Shown here in pieces: positions 41,191 to 52,726 of a DNA stretch of 64,000 nucleotides. How positions within the stretch are numbered: the stretch's first letter is position 1; every line of letters begins with the position of its first letter. A model generated the notes under the pieces. The model was not told the origin of the DNA. It did not search any database and saw only the letters and a list, made by a program, of their open reading frames with translations. This DNA comes from Podarcis filfolensis. Its lineage: Eukaryota. The position numbers were made by a program, and so were the translations under genes. The DNA lies in assembly GCA_964270895.1 (NCBI GenBank), contig OZ185440.1; one strand, 5' to 3'.

Positions 41191-41426
41191 CTTGCATGAC
41201 TGCTGGTGCATATTGAAAGTGTTGACAATGCCATCAGTGACTTCGCGGCCTGAGCGCTCCACCAAATACTCAGCCAGACGATTTGTTAGGTAGGTTTTGC
41301 CAGTTCCACTTGGCCCAGAAAGGATAAGGCGGCGGTGCTTGAGCAGAAGGCTTATGTAGTGCTGCATCATGGGCTTGGGGATAAGGGTCTCAAACACCAA
41401 GCTGTCCACACACTTCTCTTTCAAAC
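41191..41426 (-). CDS. NAV1: NAV1 exon 21/27, AAA+ domain with Walker A GPSGTGKT
   Basis: Acceptor acacag, donor AAG|gtgtga; 236 nt. Confidence 0.97.
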
Positions 41427-41904
41427 CTGTGTAGAAGAATGCAGCAGTTGAAATACCTCCCCTCTCACACTCAGGACCTTAATAACATTTGCGGTTCCCT
41501 TTTCCACCATGGTAGGCTCTTTCCTCCAAAAGCATCCTCCCCAGCCTTTTCATGATGTGGGGACACTGTTTCTTCTTGAGTAAATATATCACTACTTCGT
41601 GTAGTCTGATATCTATCTCTCTGGTCTGTGAGATTTGTTCCGACCAAAGTTTGAAAGCCGGGAGGTTTGTTTTGCTAGAACAAACCACAGTTGGTAGCAA
41701 AACGGAAGTGGGGTGTGTTTTAAGGAGAAATTTGTATCTCCTCCTCCTTTTCAACACAGAGATGTAAAGATGGCGAGCGTGCAAAGTTCACTGCTGTTTG
41801 ATCCTAATAATCTAAATTATGATTTTGATAAAGAGTCTGAAATGGGATACGGCACTCCTATTTCAACTCTGTATCAGAAGTACAGGAATAATATTTATAA
41901 CCAT

Positions 41905-42430
41905 CCTAGTTAAAAGGGACCTAGGAGATCATGTGGTTCAGCCCCTTGCACAATACAGGATACAGCTACAGCAGTCCTAACTGATAGCATCCCAGCTTCA
42001 ACTTAAAAGCCTCCAGTAAAGGGAGAGCCCACTATCTCCAAAGACAGTCTGTTCAGTGGGGGGGGGGATTACCATTAGTAAGTTTCTCCTAATGTTTAGC
42101 TGAAATCTGCTGCCTGCTCTATGGAGCAAGGGAGAAAAAGAATTGCTGCAGCTCCTCCTTTACTTCACCTCAGATATCTGAATCATGTTTCTCCTTAATA
42201 TCTTTTTATCTTCATACCCTACATATAGCCAGCCCTTTCAACAATTCCTCAAAAGACTGAAGTTTCCAGATCCCTCACCATGCTGTCTGCTCTCTTCCAG
42301 AAATGCTCCCCTATTTGTCAGTGTGGTGCCCAGAACTGGACAGGATGTACTTAAGATGCAGAACTATTACGTCTTGTGATCTGGACACTATTAATGCTGC
42401 CTAAGATCACATTCAATATTTTTAGCAGCC
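41905..42430 (-). mobile_element. Degraded CR1 LINE 3' fragment
   Basis: Contains GTGGTGCCCAGAACTGGACA and CR1 3' UTR-like segments; approximate ends. Confidence 0.7.
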
Positions 42431-42809
42431 ACATTGCAGTATATATTCCTTTCAGTAAGGAAGGTTTTCATCTACAGCAGATGTGGGGAACCTTTGGCCC
42501 ACTGGATGTTTGGTGAACTACAACTCCCATCAGCCCCAGCAAGCATGGCCAGTGGCCAGGGATGATGGGAGCTGTAGTTCAGTAACTTATAGAAGACCAG
42601 GGTTCCAGTGCTGCATTTAGCAGCTCGCCACTGCCTCTTCTGACTTCAGTAGTGCTTTCCAGAGGCTCTCTAATTTAGAGGTCCATGTTGCTTTCTACCC
42701 CGCCCTTTGACCCTGCTAGGAACTGAACCAGATAGAAGCAAAGGATCAAGCAAAGGTGGCCTGGCATATCACTGGTAATAAATGCGTGTCAAGATAGCTG
42801 TGGGGGTAC

Positions 42810-42969
42810 CTTTCAATGTCACAGCGATGCTGGTCACACCCCGTCGGCAAGGCGGCATTTCTGGTGGCTCTGTGTCCAAGACTCGCTTGATGTGGCTGAT
42901 GCTATAACCATAGACAGACTCAATGCTGAGCCCCAGTGTGAGAGCAGGGTCCATCTTGGTGACGTAGTC
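42810..42969 (-). CDS. NAV1: NAV1 exon 20/27 (DYVTKMDPALTLGLS...SIAVTLK)
   Basis: Acceptor actcag, donor G|gtaccc; 160 nt. Confidence 0.95.
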
Positions 42970-43478
42970 CTGAGTGAAGACAAGGAGTAGCTTCGTTCAG
43001 GTCAGGAGTAAGCCTGATGCTAGACTGGTTAGAACCTTTTATTTTGAAGTATCCACTACTAACCACAGTTCTTGGGGTAGCTTGCAATGTGTTGATTTTT
43101 TTAACCAAATAAAATAGCAATCAGTGCAAAAATAAAAGAAGAACCACAGCCACTAGTAGTAAATTAAAACAGAAACAGGCACTCGCTCACTCACAAACCT
43201 CCAGATGTCTGGGCAAACCAAAGAGTTTTTATCGGGTTGCTGGAAGTCATTAGAAGAGGCTATGAGAAGGGAGTTGCTCCTGGATGACTTTGGGCCAGCC
43301 ACTACATAACCTTACCTACCTTGCAGAGTTGCTGCAAGCATAAAATGAGGGGAAAGAGAACCATGTATGCTATGCAGGACAGGGTGAGAGGTGTAGAAGT
43401 TGGTTCAGCATCCCAGAAATGTGGAATGAAGTTTCTGAAGATGTTATCACAGCTACAAAGTTGCTGTTAGCATCTCAC

Positions 43479-43574
43479 CTTGAAGACCTGGCAGACGGCT
43501 TCATCCAGCATTTTCCAATCCAGTTTCCCACTCACTTTGCTACTGCCCAGATAGAATTCCTGCTGCTTCAGGTC
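43479..43574 (-). CDS. NAV1: NAV1 exon 19/27 (DLKQQEFYLGSSKVSGKLDWKMLDEAVCQVFK)
   Basis: Acceptor ttccag, donor AAG|gtgaga; 96 nt. Confidence 0.95.
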
Positions 43575-43722
43575 CTGGAAGCCAAAAGCAAGATATAAAA
43601 GCGGCTGAGATTTGGAATCTGCCGCTACCAGTTTACAATGGCAATGGATCAACTTAGCATTGTCCTCACACCATACATTGCAGCTGGATAATGCCTCTCC
43701 CCACTTTTCCATTGATGCTTAC

Positions 43723-43820
43723 CCCTTTGATGATGTGCTGAGGTGGCATGCGCACTACAATTCGTAGTGTCACCTCATCCCTCTGGGTGCCAGCACTGAT
43801 GCCATCCATTGGCGAAAGCT
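43723..43820 (-). CDS. NAV1: NAV1 exon 18/27 (ELSPMDGISAGTQRDEVTLRIVVRMPPQHIIKG)
   Basis: Acceptor ctctag, donor GGG|gtaagc; 98 nt. Confidence 0.95.
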
Positions 43821-44230
43821 CTAGAGAAGGGGAAAATAAGTATACACACAGGTTAGAAGTAGAAACCATTGACATAGGATGGTATTGCCAGGAATCCCCA
43901 TGTGTCAAAGTGAAATATTTCCTTCCTCTATAATCCTACAGTTTAGTGTCTTTTGGACTCTGCCATAGTGGTTCCCCTATACAGTCCAGGACACCCCCCT
44001 CCAAGTTTGGTTGATACAACTTTTCTCTCTCTCCAGCACAAGAACTACCTCCTGTTAGTCTTCAGTGCAGCACCTCTTCTCTTGCCCTGGACCTAGTCTC
44101 AACCCCTTGTAGGTTCTCCCACTAAGATACAATCAGTAAGTTGTCACAATAGCATCAACATAGTATTTGTAGTATGTGACCAAATGTCACTGTAACCAAA
44201 TTCCATATTTTTTTTGTGGGTGCCATTACT

Positions 44231-44540
44231 GTTTTTTTTTTAAATTTTTTTTATTGATTTTCTTTTCTCATAACAATTATTCAATATCTCATTTAGCATC
44301 CATTTTCTACTTTTCCCCTTCTCTGTTGACTTCCCCCAACTTCCATTTCTGGTTTGTTACATCAAATGTTACATTCTGCTGCATTCTGCTACATAATGTT
44401 CTGTTATCGCTAAATATATGTCTTGTTCTCTGTAAATAAAGTTGTAAATGTTTATTTAAATCCTGCCAACGAGTCCCATTTTTGTTGTTGTTTCTGCAAG
44501 TATGTTGTAAAGGGTTCCCATTCTCCAAATTCCTGATGCA
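44231..44540 (-). mobile_element. L1-like 3' end remnant
   Basis: T-tracts plus TTTATTGATTT then ACTTCCC...AAAGGGTTCCCA layout typical of L1 ends read antisense; approximate. Confidence 0.5.
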
Positions 44541-44734
44541 AGGCACAACTAGGCCACTGTCCCCACAACCCATCCAAAGGTGACATCAAATCTTCCTCCT
44601 CACCTCTCTTTCCCATCCCTGTTTCACAAAGAAAATATCTTGAAAAAACAGAAGCAGAGATTTTGCAACAGCAAATGAGCTAGTATCAAAAGCTCTTCGG
44701 CCTTTCTCTATGTGACTCTGTCTCTGTTTCATAC

Positions 44735-44909
44735 CTGTATCAGTCAAACTGGGACTGAAAGGGTGGGTGAGCTGGAGCCCTAGAGAGCGCCTTGGGGAAG
44801 AGGCGGCAGATGAGCTCAAGACATGACTTGGGATGGAGCTTGGCACAGACGAGGGCCCAGGGACCACCTTCAGCCGGTCGTTCTCAGCTTTCAATAGATC
44901 CACTTCCAG
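44735..44909 (-). CDS. NAV1: NAV1 exon 17/27 (LEVDLLKAENDRLK...SPSLTDT)
   Basis: Acceptor ctgtag, donor G|gtatga; 175 nt. Confidence 0.95.
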
Positions 44910-45316
44910 CTACAGGGAATGAACAGACAGCAGTGGCAGGAATGAGAGTGCTGATAACATTAAGGCTTCCTACAGCCTAAAAAGGAGACTACAGCGGAAA
45001 ATCCTAAAAGATGGAGCATTCCCCAAGGGTTGTACATTGGAAAAAGAGATTTTCACAGCGAAATTCCATCCAAGGGTCCCTTTCCTACCAGGAGAGCAGG
45101 TGCCTGATTTAAAAGGCTCGTGCCCTGTCTCTCAAAATGCTGCCCAAACAAAGCAGCTGTTTCAGCTTCAGAAACTGTTGCTGCCATCTCTCTCAACTCT
45201 GCTCCAGATAATGTACTTCTGTGGAGTTTCTTTGCAACAGTGAATTTGCTTAGAACACTGCTACTGGACCAATGTCAGGAAATAAGGACACTCCAATGAG
45301 TAAGGCAAATGCAACC

Positions 45317-45453
45317 CAGTGATGGGAAACCTGTGGCCCTCCATATGCTGCTGGTCTGTAACTTCCGTCATCCCCTGACCATCAACCACACTGGCTGGAG
45401 CTAATGGGAGTGGAGAGTCCAACACCTGGAGCATCACAGCCTCCCCATCTTTT
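45317..45453. mobile_element. ~130-bp quasi-palindromic hAT-like MITE family (other copies ~8641-8779, 19925-20065, 42478-42615, 49267-49375)
   Basis: Shared GATGGGGAACCTGTGGCCC...ACTCCCATCA...GATGGGAG...TCCCCATC architecture in five places; diverged copies. Confidence 0.65.
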
Positions 45454-45662
45454 CTGTAACCTGTCTCATGATGGTGTCTTGCCAGAAGGCACCGGGCCAA
45501 TTGAAGGGCATTCACGCAGCCTGCTTTGTCTCTTTGCGAAAGAAACAAATTGACCAACAGAAAATGCTTAGAAAATTGCTGTCAAGAGCATGGAGACCCA
45601 GCAATAGCCAAAGATCTGCAGCCTCAGAGAAGTGCTAGCTTTTCAGGGCACATCATGCTCAC

Positions 45663-45825
45663 CTGCATGTTGTGCATAGTTTCGCGCAGTTGGTCCAGCT
45701 GATGGGCAGAGTTTAGGGCCTCCAAACGTATGTCGGTCAGTTTCATTTCCTTCTCCCACAGCTCTGAGCGCAGCTCCGAGACCTCCTTTTTCTCAGGCTC
45801 CTCTTCTTCATTGGCCTGGAACAAC
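45663..45825 (-). CDS. NAV1: NAV1 exon 16/27 (LFQANEEEEPEKKEVSELRSELWEKEMKLTDIRLEALNSAHQLDQLRETMHNMQ)
   Basis: Acceptor gcacag, donor CAG|gtgagc; 163 nt; coiled coil. Confidence 0.95.
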
Positions 45826-46218
45826 CTGTGCAAAGGATGAGCAGAAATTTAGACATGGTGCAAGGAAAAGTCTGCAAGCACCAACAAGGACTATGGTAGC
45901 AACCGGATGGGCCAGCCTGGGCTAGCTGAGGAGTGCTGCTTCTGAATCTTTGCTCACTGCTGTCCTCTCCTGCCAGAGCGCGAGATCTTTCCAGTGCATA
46001 CATATTACTGGAAAAGGTGCTCTGCATATGGTCACTCAGCCACCTGTTTAGCGCCCCCCCAGGTTCTTATTGTTCATATCACAGTTCCAGGAACCTGAGG
46101 CCACCTGCAGGATACTGTACAATATGATCAGATACAAGGCATAGCAGACTTAAGTTTTTCCAGGTGCAACTTGTCCATGCAGCCATCCCTAGCTTCACTG
46201 CATGAAGAGTGGACTTAC

Positions 46219-46415
46219 TCAGTGTTATCAATGCCCACAGAAGAGGAGTTGGAAGATTTGATGGAAGGCGAGGCTGTCTCCGTGGATCCATGTTGCAGTT
46301 TGGGGGACGATGGAGCGGAAGAATCTGGGGTGGCGATCTCCTCTATGTCGGAATAGGAGGAGGCAGATTTTGGGCCCTTCTTGATGCTGAAAGCCTTGTT
46401 GAAAGAGCTCCTCAA
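46219..46415 (-). CDS. NAV1: NAV1 exon 15/27 (LRSSFNKAFSIKKGPK...SVGIDNT)
   Basis: Acceptor cttcag, donor GA|gtaagt; 197 nt. Confidence 0.95.
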
Positions 46416-48027
46416 CTGAAGGGGGAAATGGAGAAGCAAGAAAAGCTTGAAAAAGCCCTCTGAGGCTGACTGCTGGAAAACAGAGGATGCTGCACCATGT
46501 GGCAAGGAGGTGGCGGAGGCAGCCTGTGCCATCTAACCTCTGTTACACTGCATGCTGTGAACAGTTCGTAGTTTTCAGGACACTCAGAAACTTGGCTTCC
46601 CCGTTGGTCTGCTTCTTACCCAAGCTCTAATACTACCCCATCACCCCAGAGGACACTATTTTTTACAGTAATACTCTCCAAGCACAAAACCTATTTAAAA
46701 AAAGTATATACACAGAGCCATCCCCCTGGTTTTAATTAATCACTGATCCAAACCCACAACTTTTAAGGCAACTTAGAATTCCTACTCCCTCTATAATCAT
46801 GCACTGTCAGAATGGAAGATATTTTAAAAATCTACTTTTATTGAGCAGGCTTTCAAGAACTTGAATGCAAGCACATAAAGGTAGCTGAAGTGACACAAAG
46901 TATCAAATTTGCGTTAAGTGCATCCTAATTATGCTCCCCAAGAAACCAAGTAGTAGATTCCAGAGTGCTCAGAACAAGGAATCGGCAGCAATACATGCTG
47001 TTTCCAAGCATGCCACTTCCATAGCTTGGGCTCTGAGATGCCAAGGAGCAAAATCACTTATGTCACTTATGAAAGACTGCTGGCAAGGAAGCCAAAAGGA
47101 TTCCATATTATTATTCCTATCAGAAAAAAACCCCAGCAGCTCTCATGGTTGGTAACCAAAAATCTGAGCCCTTGGGGGAAGCAGAACTTTTAAATCACAT
47201 ATATAAGGAGGAACCAAGGAACATACAAAACACAGGCATGGCCTGTGGTTCCTAAAGGATAAGTGATCTGTCAAAGATTGTGAAGGGAGACACAGGCCAG
47301 ATTCTCTTTCCATATCTTGAGTGGGAATGTAAAATACAATATCCTACGCTACCTAATATGGAAGGAAGCAAGGGCAGTTTAGCAGCCTAAGACATGGACT
47401 TGTCCAAACATGCAGAACAATTAATAGCCAGCGCAACATGCCACCGACCAGCTGAGTCCATGCACTGAAGTGCTGCCACTGTCATGCAAAAGGATATATC
47501 CTTTCATTCAGAGTGTTCCAGGCTTCTTGCATCTTTCTAAATAGGCAGGAGTGGTGGTGGCCTACTATAGTTGGCAGCTTGATCCATGCACACAAATAGT
47601 GGTACTGCATGCCACTATGTAGAGAAGGTTTTGGCTTGGGGAGGGGGTGATTGCTGTGGGCAGCAAACCTACTTACAATCTATCACTACTACCTCTCGAA
47701 GCAAATCTGCATTTTTAGGGGAGGGTGAGGACTAGGTTAAGAGAGCCCAAAGTTAGCTGCTGTTCTCCTCACACCAGTAACTGTAACCCTAGCTGGAAAG
47801 AGCAAAAGCCCATTTATACTTCCCAAGCATCCATCCTTGCTTACTCAATTTGCTTTTTCAGAGCACTATAACTTAACCTATGGGCAGGGGTAGATAATGA
47901 GAGAAGGCGGACCACCCCAAACCCTTTCATCATCAGCAACTTTGCTGAAGCTATGGAGGTCTGGCCACTGCCTGGATGGAAGCCCTATGTGTGCCTTGGG
48001 TTCCATCATAGAAGAAAAGTGGGGCAC

Positions 48028-48061
48028 AATTAATTAATTAATTAATTAATTAATTAATTAA
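48028..48061. repeat. (AATT)n self-complementary microsatellite
   Basis: Direct read. Confidence 0.97.
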
Positions 48062-50212
48062 ATTGCTACCCAGGGAATGTGACATTCGTACAAGAATGTC
48101 ACATTCCTTTTGTCTCACATTCCAAGTATCAGCTGCTGTAACTAACAGAGGCATCTGACACCACTGGGGTGAGTGGAATAACTTCATATCTCACAAAGGA
48201 TTGTACCCACTACCATGGTAGGACTTTTCCTCCAACTTCTAGATGTTTTGGTATCTAACTCCCTGCGCTCAGATGACCCTTGGGGTCCCTTCCATTCTAA
48301 GAACTCATAGCAGCAGGGAAGACAACAAGCAATATTGCCTCTGATCATTGGTGCTATAACTAGGAGCTCTCCTGACTCGGGTGGCATTAGAACCTGTATG
48401 TGCCCAACCTGACTTGCTTACAGCAGATTCATACAATGAGAGAGCACTTCATAGTTCAACTCTCCTTTGGCATTCCAACCCTCAGAGCCTGCCAAACCTA
48501 CAAGTAAGAATGGCAGGCTGCTCTCCTTCTCCACCAAATATGCAACTCTTTCCCAATTATTAACAGAATGGAATTAGGCTGGGATGCGTTTATCTTGCAA
48601 CTCAAGATCCGGCTGAAGAGAGATTACAGCGAAGCAGCTCTTCTTCTTCTAACATGTAATGGTTCAATCAATATTGCAGAAAAGGAAGAAGCCAGAGAAA
48701 TGAGTCAAGACCAACACAGCCTTGTGCTTTGCTCTTGAGAGGAATAGCCAACTTGTGATCCCAACAATGCTCAGGCGGAGCATGCAACATGCACACAAAA
48801 CAGGCATCAATCCACACATGTATTGAGACAGTAGCAGGGAGAATAGCCACTGTAATGGGTGGAGGCACTATTGGAACTGGGTTTTTCTATCTCCCTCCCA
48901 ACCACCCACCTCACAAGCCAGCCTGAGGGCACACAAGAGGCCAGGGGACTGGAGCTGTCTCAGAGCTTGAACCTCTGCTACCCTTACAGGTGGCTTCAAA
49001 GAACACTTGTCATGTTGTACATGTGAGAAATCACTTTCTATCTTCCAGCTCTCTGACTTGCTCTGACCTGCGGCAGCTATGAGATGGTGTGGCAGAAATT
49101 GGTGGGTGGGTGGGCGCCATGCTCTATTGAACCTCATCATCTGGCCACTTAGGCTGCAGTCCTGTACACACTTACCTGGGAGTAGGACCCACTGAGTTCA
49201 GTGAGGCTTATTTTTGAACAGATGTGCATGCAAAGGAGTGTGCTGTTAAGGAGGGCAATTCTAGAACACGGATGGGGAACCTGTATCCCTGACCCCAGAA
49301 GTTGTTGGGACTCTCAGCATGCAGGGCCAGTGATCAGGGATGCTGGGAATTTATGGCCCAATGAAACCTTGTCTGCTCTAGACAGACAAAGAAATGCAAA
49401 CAAAGTTTAGACTGGATTTGGAAGCCACAGCCAAACTGCTGAGTGTGGAGTCATTAATTCATTAATTTATTTAATTGTAAGGGATTTATACCCCACTCTT
49501 CAACAAGTTCTACGGGTGGAACAGATTGCATTATGGCACAAACAATGTCTGCAAACAACAGTTCCTGATTTGGAAGGTTCTCTTGACAGAAGCAAAAAGA
49601 GAAACTGCTTGATTTGCAAAGGAAAAAAAATAGACAATTCCCCAGCATGGGAAATGACAATACTAAAACACATTCATCAATATTCTTATGATATGTGTCC
49701 TCCTTTTGCAACAACTGAGTGTGGAGGATGACGGTACGTATAGCCTGCAGTTACCAAATAAATATTTGAGGGGCAGGAATTTTTTAAAAAACCCACACCT
49801 CTCCCTTAAGTGTTGAGGTACAGGACAGAGCCAAACTGCTGCAGTGGTAGGATACTATGAATTATTATTAAACTGCTCCACTTGAGTACCTCAAAAATCC
49901 ACTCTTGGAACCCCTTTTCTTGGTGACTTTCTAGACCTTTAGGAGAGCTGTTAAGACTGAGCAGCATTAGGTATAGATTCAGAGTCATGTCAAAAAGGGG
50001 CGTGAAACTCCCCACCCCACCCCTGCTGCAGCACCAGTGCAGTGGCCCCTCCTGTGTGGCTTGGCAGCGCAAGTGCGAGAGCAAATGGGATGGTTAGTTC
50101 CACGAGTGCTGTGCTGTCCCCAACACAATGGAGTGACCAGTCAGGAGTAAGACACAGGGAAAGGACTGGTGAAAGGGAGGGGTGGGGGTGGGGAAGGGAG
50201 TTCCAAGCTTAC

Positions 50213-50221
50213 CTCATACAC
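50213..50221 (-). CDS. NAV1: NAV1 exon 14/27, 9-nt microexon (VYE)
   Basis: Sense strand reads ccccttttttt-ccag|GTG TAT GAG|gtaagc. It fills exactly the KSW-VYE-LRSSF gap of recalled human NAV1. Confidence 0.9.
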
Positions 50222-51251
50222 CTGGAAAAAAAGGGGTTGGGGGGTCAGCATTGAAGGAAGAAAGGGGGAAAAAAGAACACAGCAAGACTTAATCATGCGT
50301 TCAGCTCAGGTTCCCTGCCTGTAACAAGCTGCGGGGACGGGGTGGGGGCCCAAGGCAGTACAGAGAAACTGGGACAATCTTCTACACCAGCCTTCCTAAG
50401 AGGACGGCACACCTACTGAGCTGAGAGTTGGGCGCGAGCGGCCTCTCTCCGCTTTAGGGAGCAGTGGGGAAAGGCAGGGCAGCAAGGTTAGCGTAAATGG
50501 AAAGGAAGAGTAACATCAGCTGCACAAGTCATAAACTTGCCATGCAAAACCAGCTGTGAGGCAATATTAATTTTAAAAGTCGAAACCTTTATTTCATATG
50601 CACCTTAAAATGTTCCTAAAAAGGTTCAGGTCAAATTACTCCCCATCCCACTGCCCAATATTTTTAAGCGGAGCCTTAAAAACTTGGAAGCTTCCTTTTG
50701 TCTCATTCCTGACTCAAAATAGGCAGCTGGAAGGAGAGCACAAAAACACCCAATGCTTTAAGGCTATTCAGACTGGAGGGGTGTTTGAATGTCTGGGAAA
50801 GAGGACATTTAACTTGAAGCATGCCAGAAACATTTTAAGTCCATATGGTGTTGTAATAATAATAATAAAATAAAAAATAAACAAAAAACAACAACTCAGC
50901 TTTCTTTCTTTTTAGTGATCCCATCACTGCTAGGTTAGCACCCCTGCCTCCCTTTTAGGCTACCACATCCATACCATGATTAAGTCTAATGGGCCTCATG
51001 AGTGACGCCTATCACTTACCAGTGGATCTAGCTTGGGAGCTAAAGGATATTCCCACTGGGCCTCAAGAGCAATAAAGATGCAAACTAGTTTCTTTCGCAG
51101 AGAAATCTGCTGTAAGTAGTCAATAGTACTTCCATGAGCCAAGTAGCTCTGAAACCCCAGTTGCCATTATACTAGCTACTGTGACAAGACACACAACAGG
51201 GTTTCACCCCCACGTAGATCCCACTGTTACTTCCCCTCCTCCTTGACCTAC

Positions 51252-51373
51252 CCAGCTCTTCTTTTTCTTCTTCTTGGCATCTGCATCCTTGCCACTGCCA
51301 ATGCTAGAATGGCTGGTGATGCTGTTCAGGCTGGATATACTGTCTGACGAGTTCTGCCTCTTGATACGCAGCT
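51252..51373 (-). CDS. NAV1: NAV1 exon 13/27 (ELRIKRQNSSDSISS...DAKKKKKKSW)
   Basis: Acceptor ttccag, donor TGG|gtaggt; 122 nt. Confidence 0.96.
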
Positions 51374-52356
51374 CTGGAAAGTCACAGGGAAGGAGGGAGA
51401 GATGCATTTAAACCTATGGACAGACTGACAGCTCTTGCAGGTACCCAGATAATCAGCTACCACCTCTCTGTTTTTAGCATCAATTCCAATCACAGCTAGC
51501 AAAAAAAGAGTCTTCTCTGTACTTTGTTCCCAGGCTAGACCTCAAATCAAATCTAGCATTTTTATCTAAGATCAGGCAGGGCCCAAGGAAGTGGGAATAG
51601 TAGGGAAAGGAGCACATAGGGGCAGCATCTGGGGACAGGCAAGATCTGGGGACCATAAGGAAAGATGAGGAGCTGCATGTATTCAGATTCGATGATGGCT
51701 TGGTCTTTTGTTTTGGGCATACTCGTCCAGTCTTGTCAATAAATACTCAGGAGTTTCTAGTGTTCAGGACCACCATGACTCCATTCCCCCATCCTTCCAC
51801 TCCTCTGGAATTTCATCCCATCAGTGGAATGCCAGAAGGCAGCGAGAGAAGTAAAACTTTTAGCTGCCTTTACCACTGTACTGTTTTTCCCATTAGCACA
51901 ATGGTAACGATGGCTGTTCCCATCTATAGAATCAGGAGCTCCAATTTCAGAACAAAGGAGGAGGAAGCAACACACAAGTACGGTCATTGTAACATTATGG
52001 AGACTGAAAGCATGAGGCTTCCCCATCTCTCTCCCACTCTCATTACTAAGGGCTCCATGTCTGGGAAGGAGAAAGAGGAAGTTGGGCGTAGAACCTACAC
52101 AGTACTGCCCTATGTCTGGCTGCTGCTTGCTTTACCTCCCTTCAAATATTAAAGGACCAGTAAAAGTGTGTGTGTTCCAACTGGCTCCAGTGAAAGTGCA
52201 TTTTATCCAAGCACCATACCACAATGTCTAACCGCTCCCTCCCTTGCTCCTAGCAGGAAAAGGAACCAATCCTGTCCATCCTGTCTCTAATCCACCATTC
52301 GGCAGCTGCATATCCAAAGATCCACCTGGAGAGTGTGTGTTGAAGGCTGCGCTCAC

Positions 52357-52468
52357 CTTTGGGTGTAATGTCTGTTCCATTCAGGGCCCCTTGGATAACA
52401 GCCTGGGCTTCCGAGTTCTTTTTCTTCAAGAAATCAATTGTCTCCCTCAAGTCCACCAGCTCAGTGTC
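52357..52468 (-). CDS. NAV1: NAV1 exon 12/27 (DTELVDLRETIDFLKKKNSEAQAVIQGALNGTDITPK)
   Basis: Acceptor ttctag, donor G|gtgagc; 112 nt. Confidence 0.96.
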
Positions 52469-52642
52469 CTAGAAAGTGATGCATAACTGATGAATGCCTT
52501 GCGTTTTAGTATTTTACTGATTGCTCTGCTGCAAGCCTATGCTAGGGGGAGGTGGGAGAAAGGAAACAACAGCAAGCCGTTTCGTAGGGCAGGCCTCAGC
52601 ACCTTGGTCAGCCATGGACCCTGCCAACTGCCTCAAACTCAC

Positions 52643-52726
52643 CTTCTCTTCCGCAGTCTCTGCAAGATGTCGGAGACGGGAAGTCATGTTCACGAGGCTC
52701 TGCTCAAAGGCTGCTACTAAGTTTGC
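52643..52726 (-). CDS. NAV1: NAV1 exon 11/27 (ANLVAAFEQSLVNMTSRLRHLAETAEEK)
   Basis: Acceptor tttcag, donor AAG|gtgagt; 84 nt. Confidence 0.96.
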
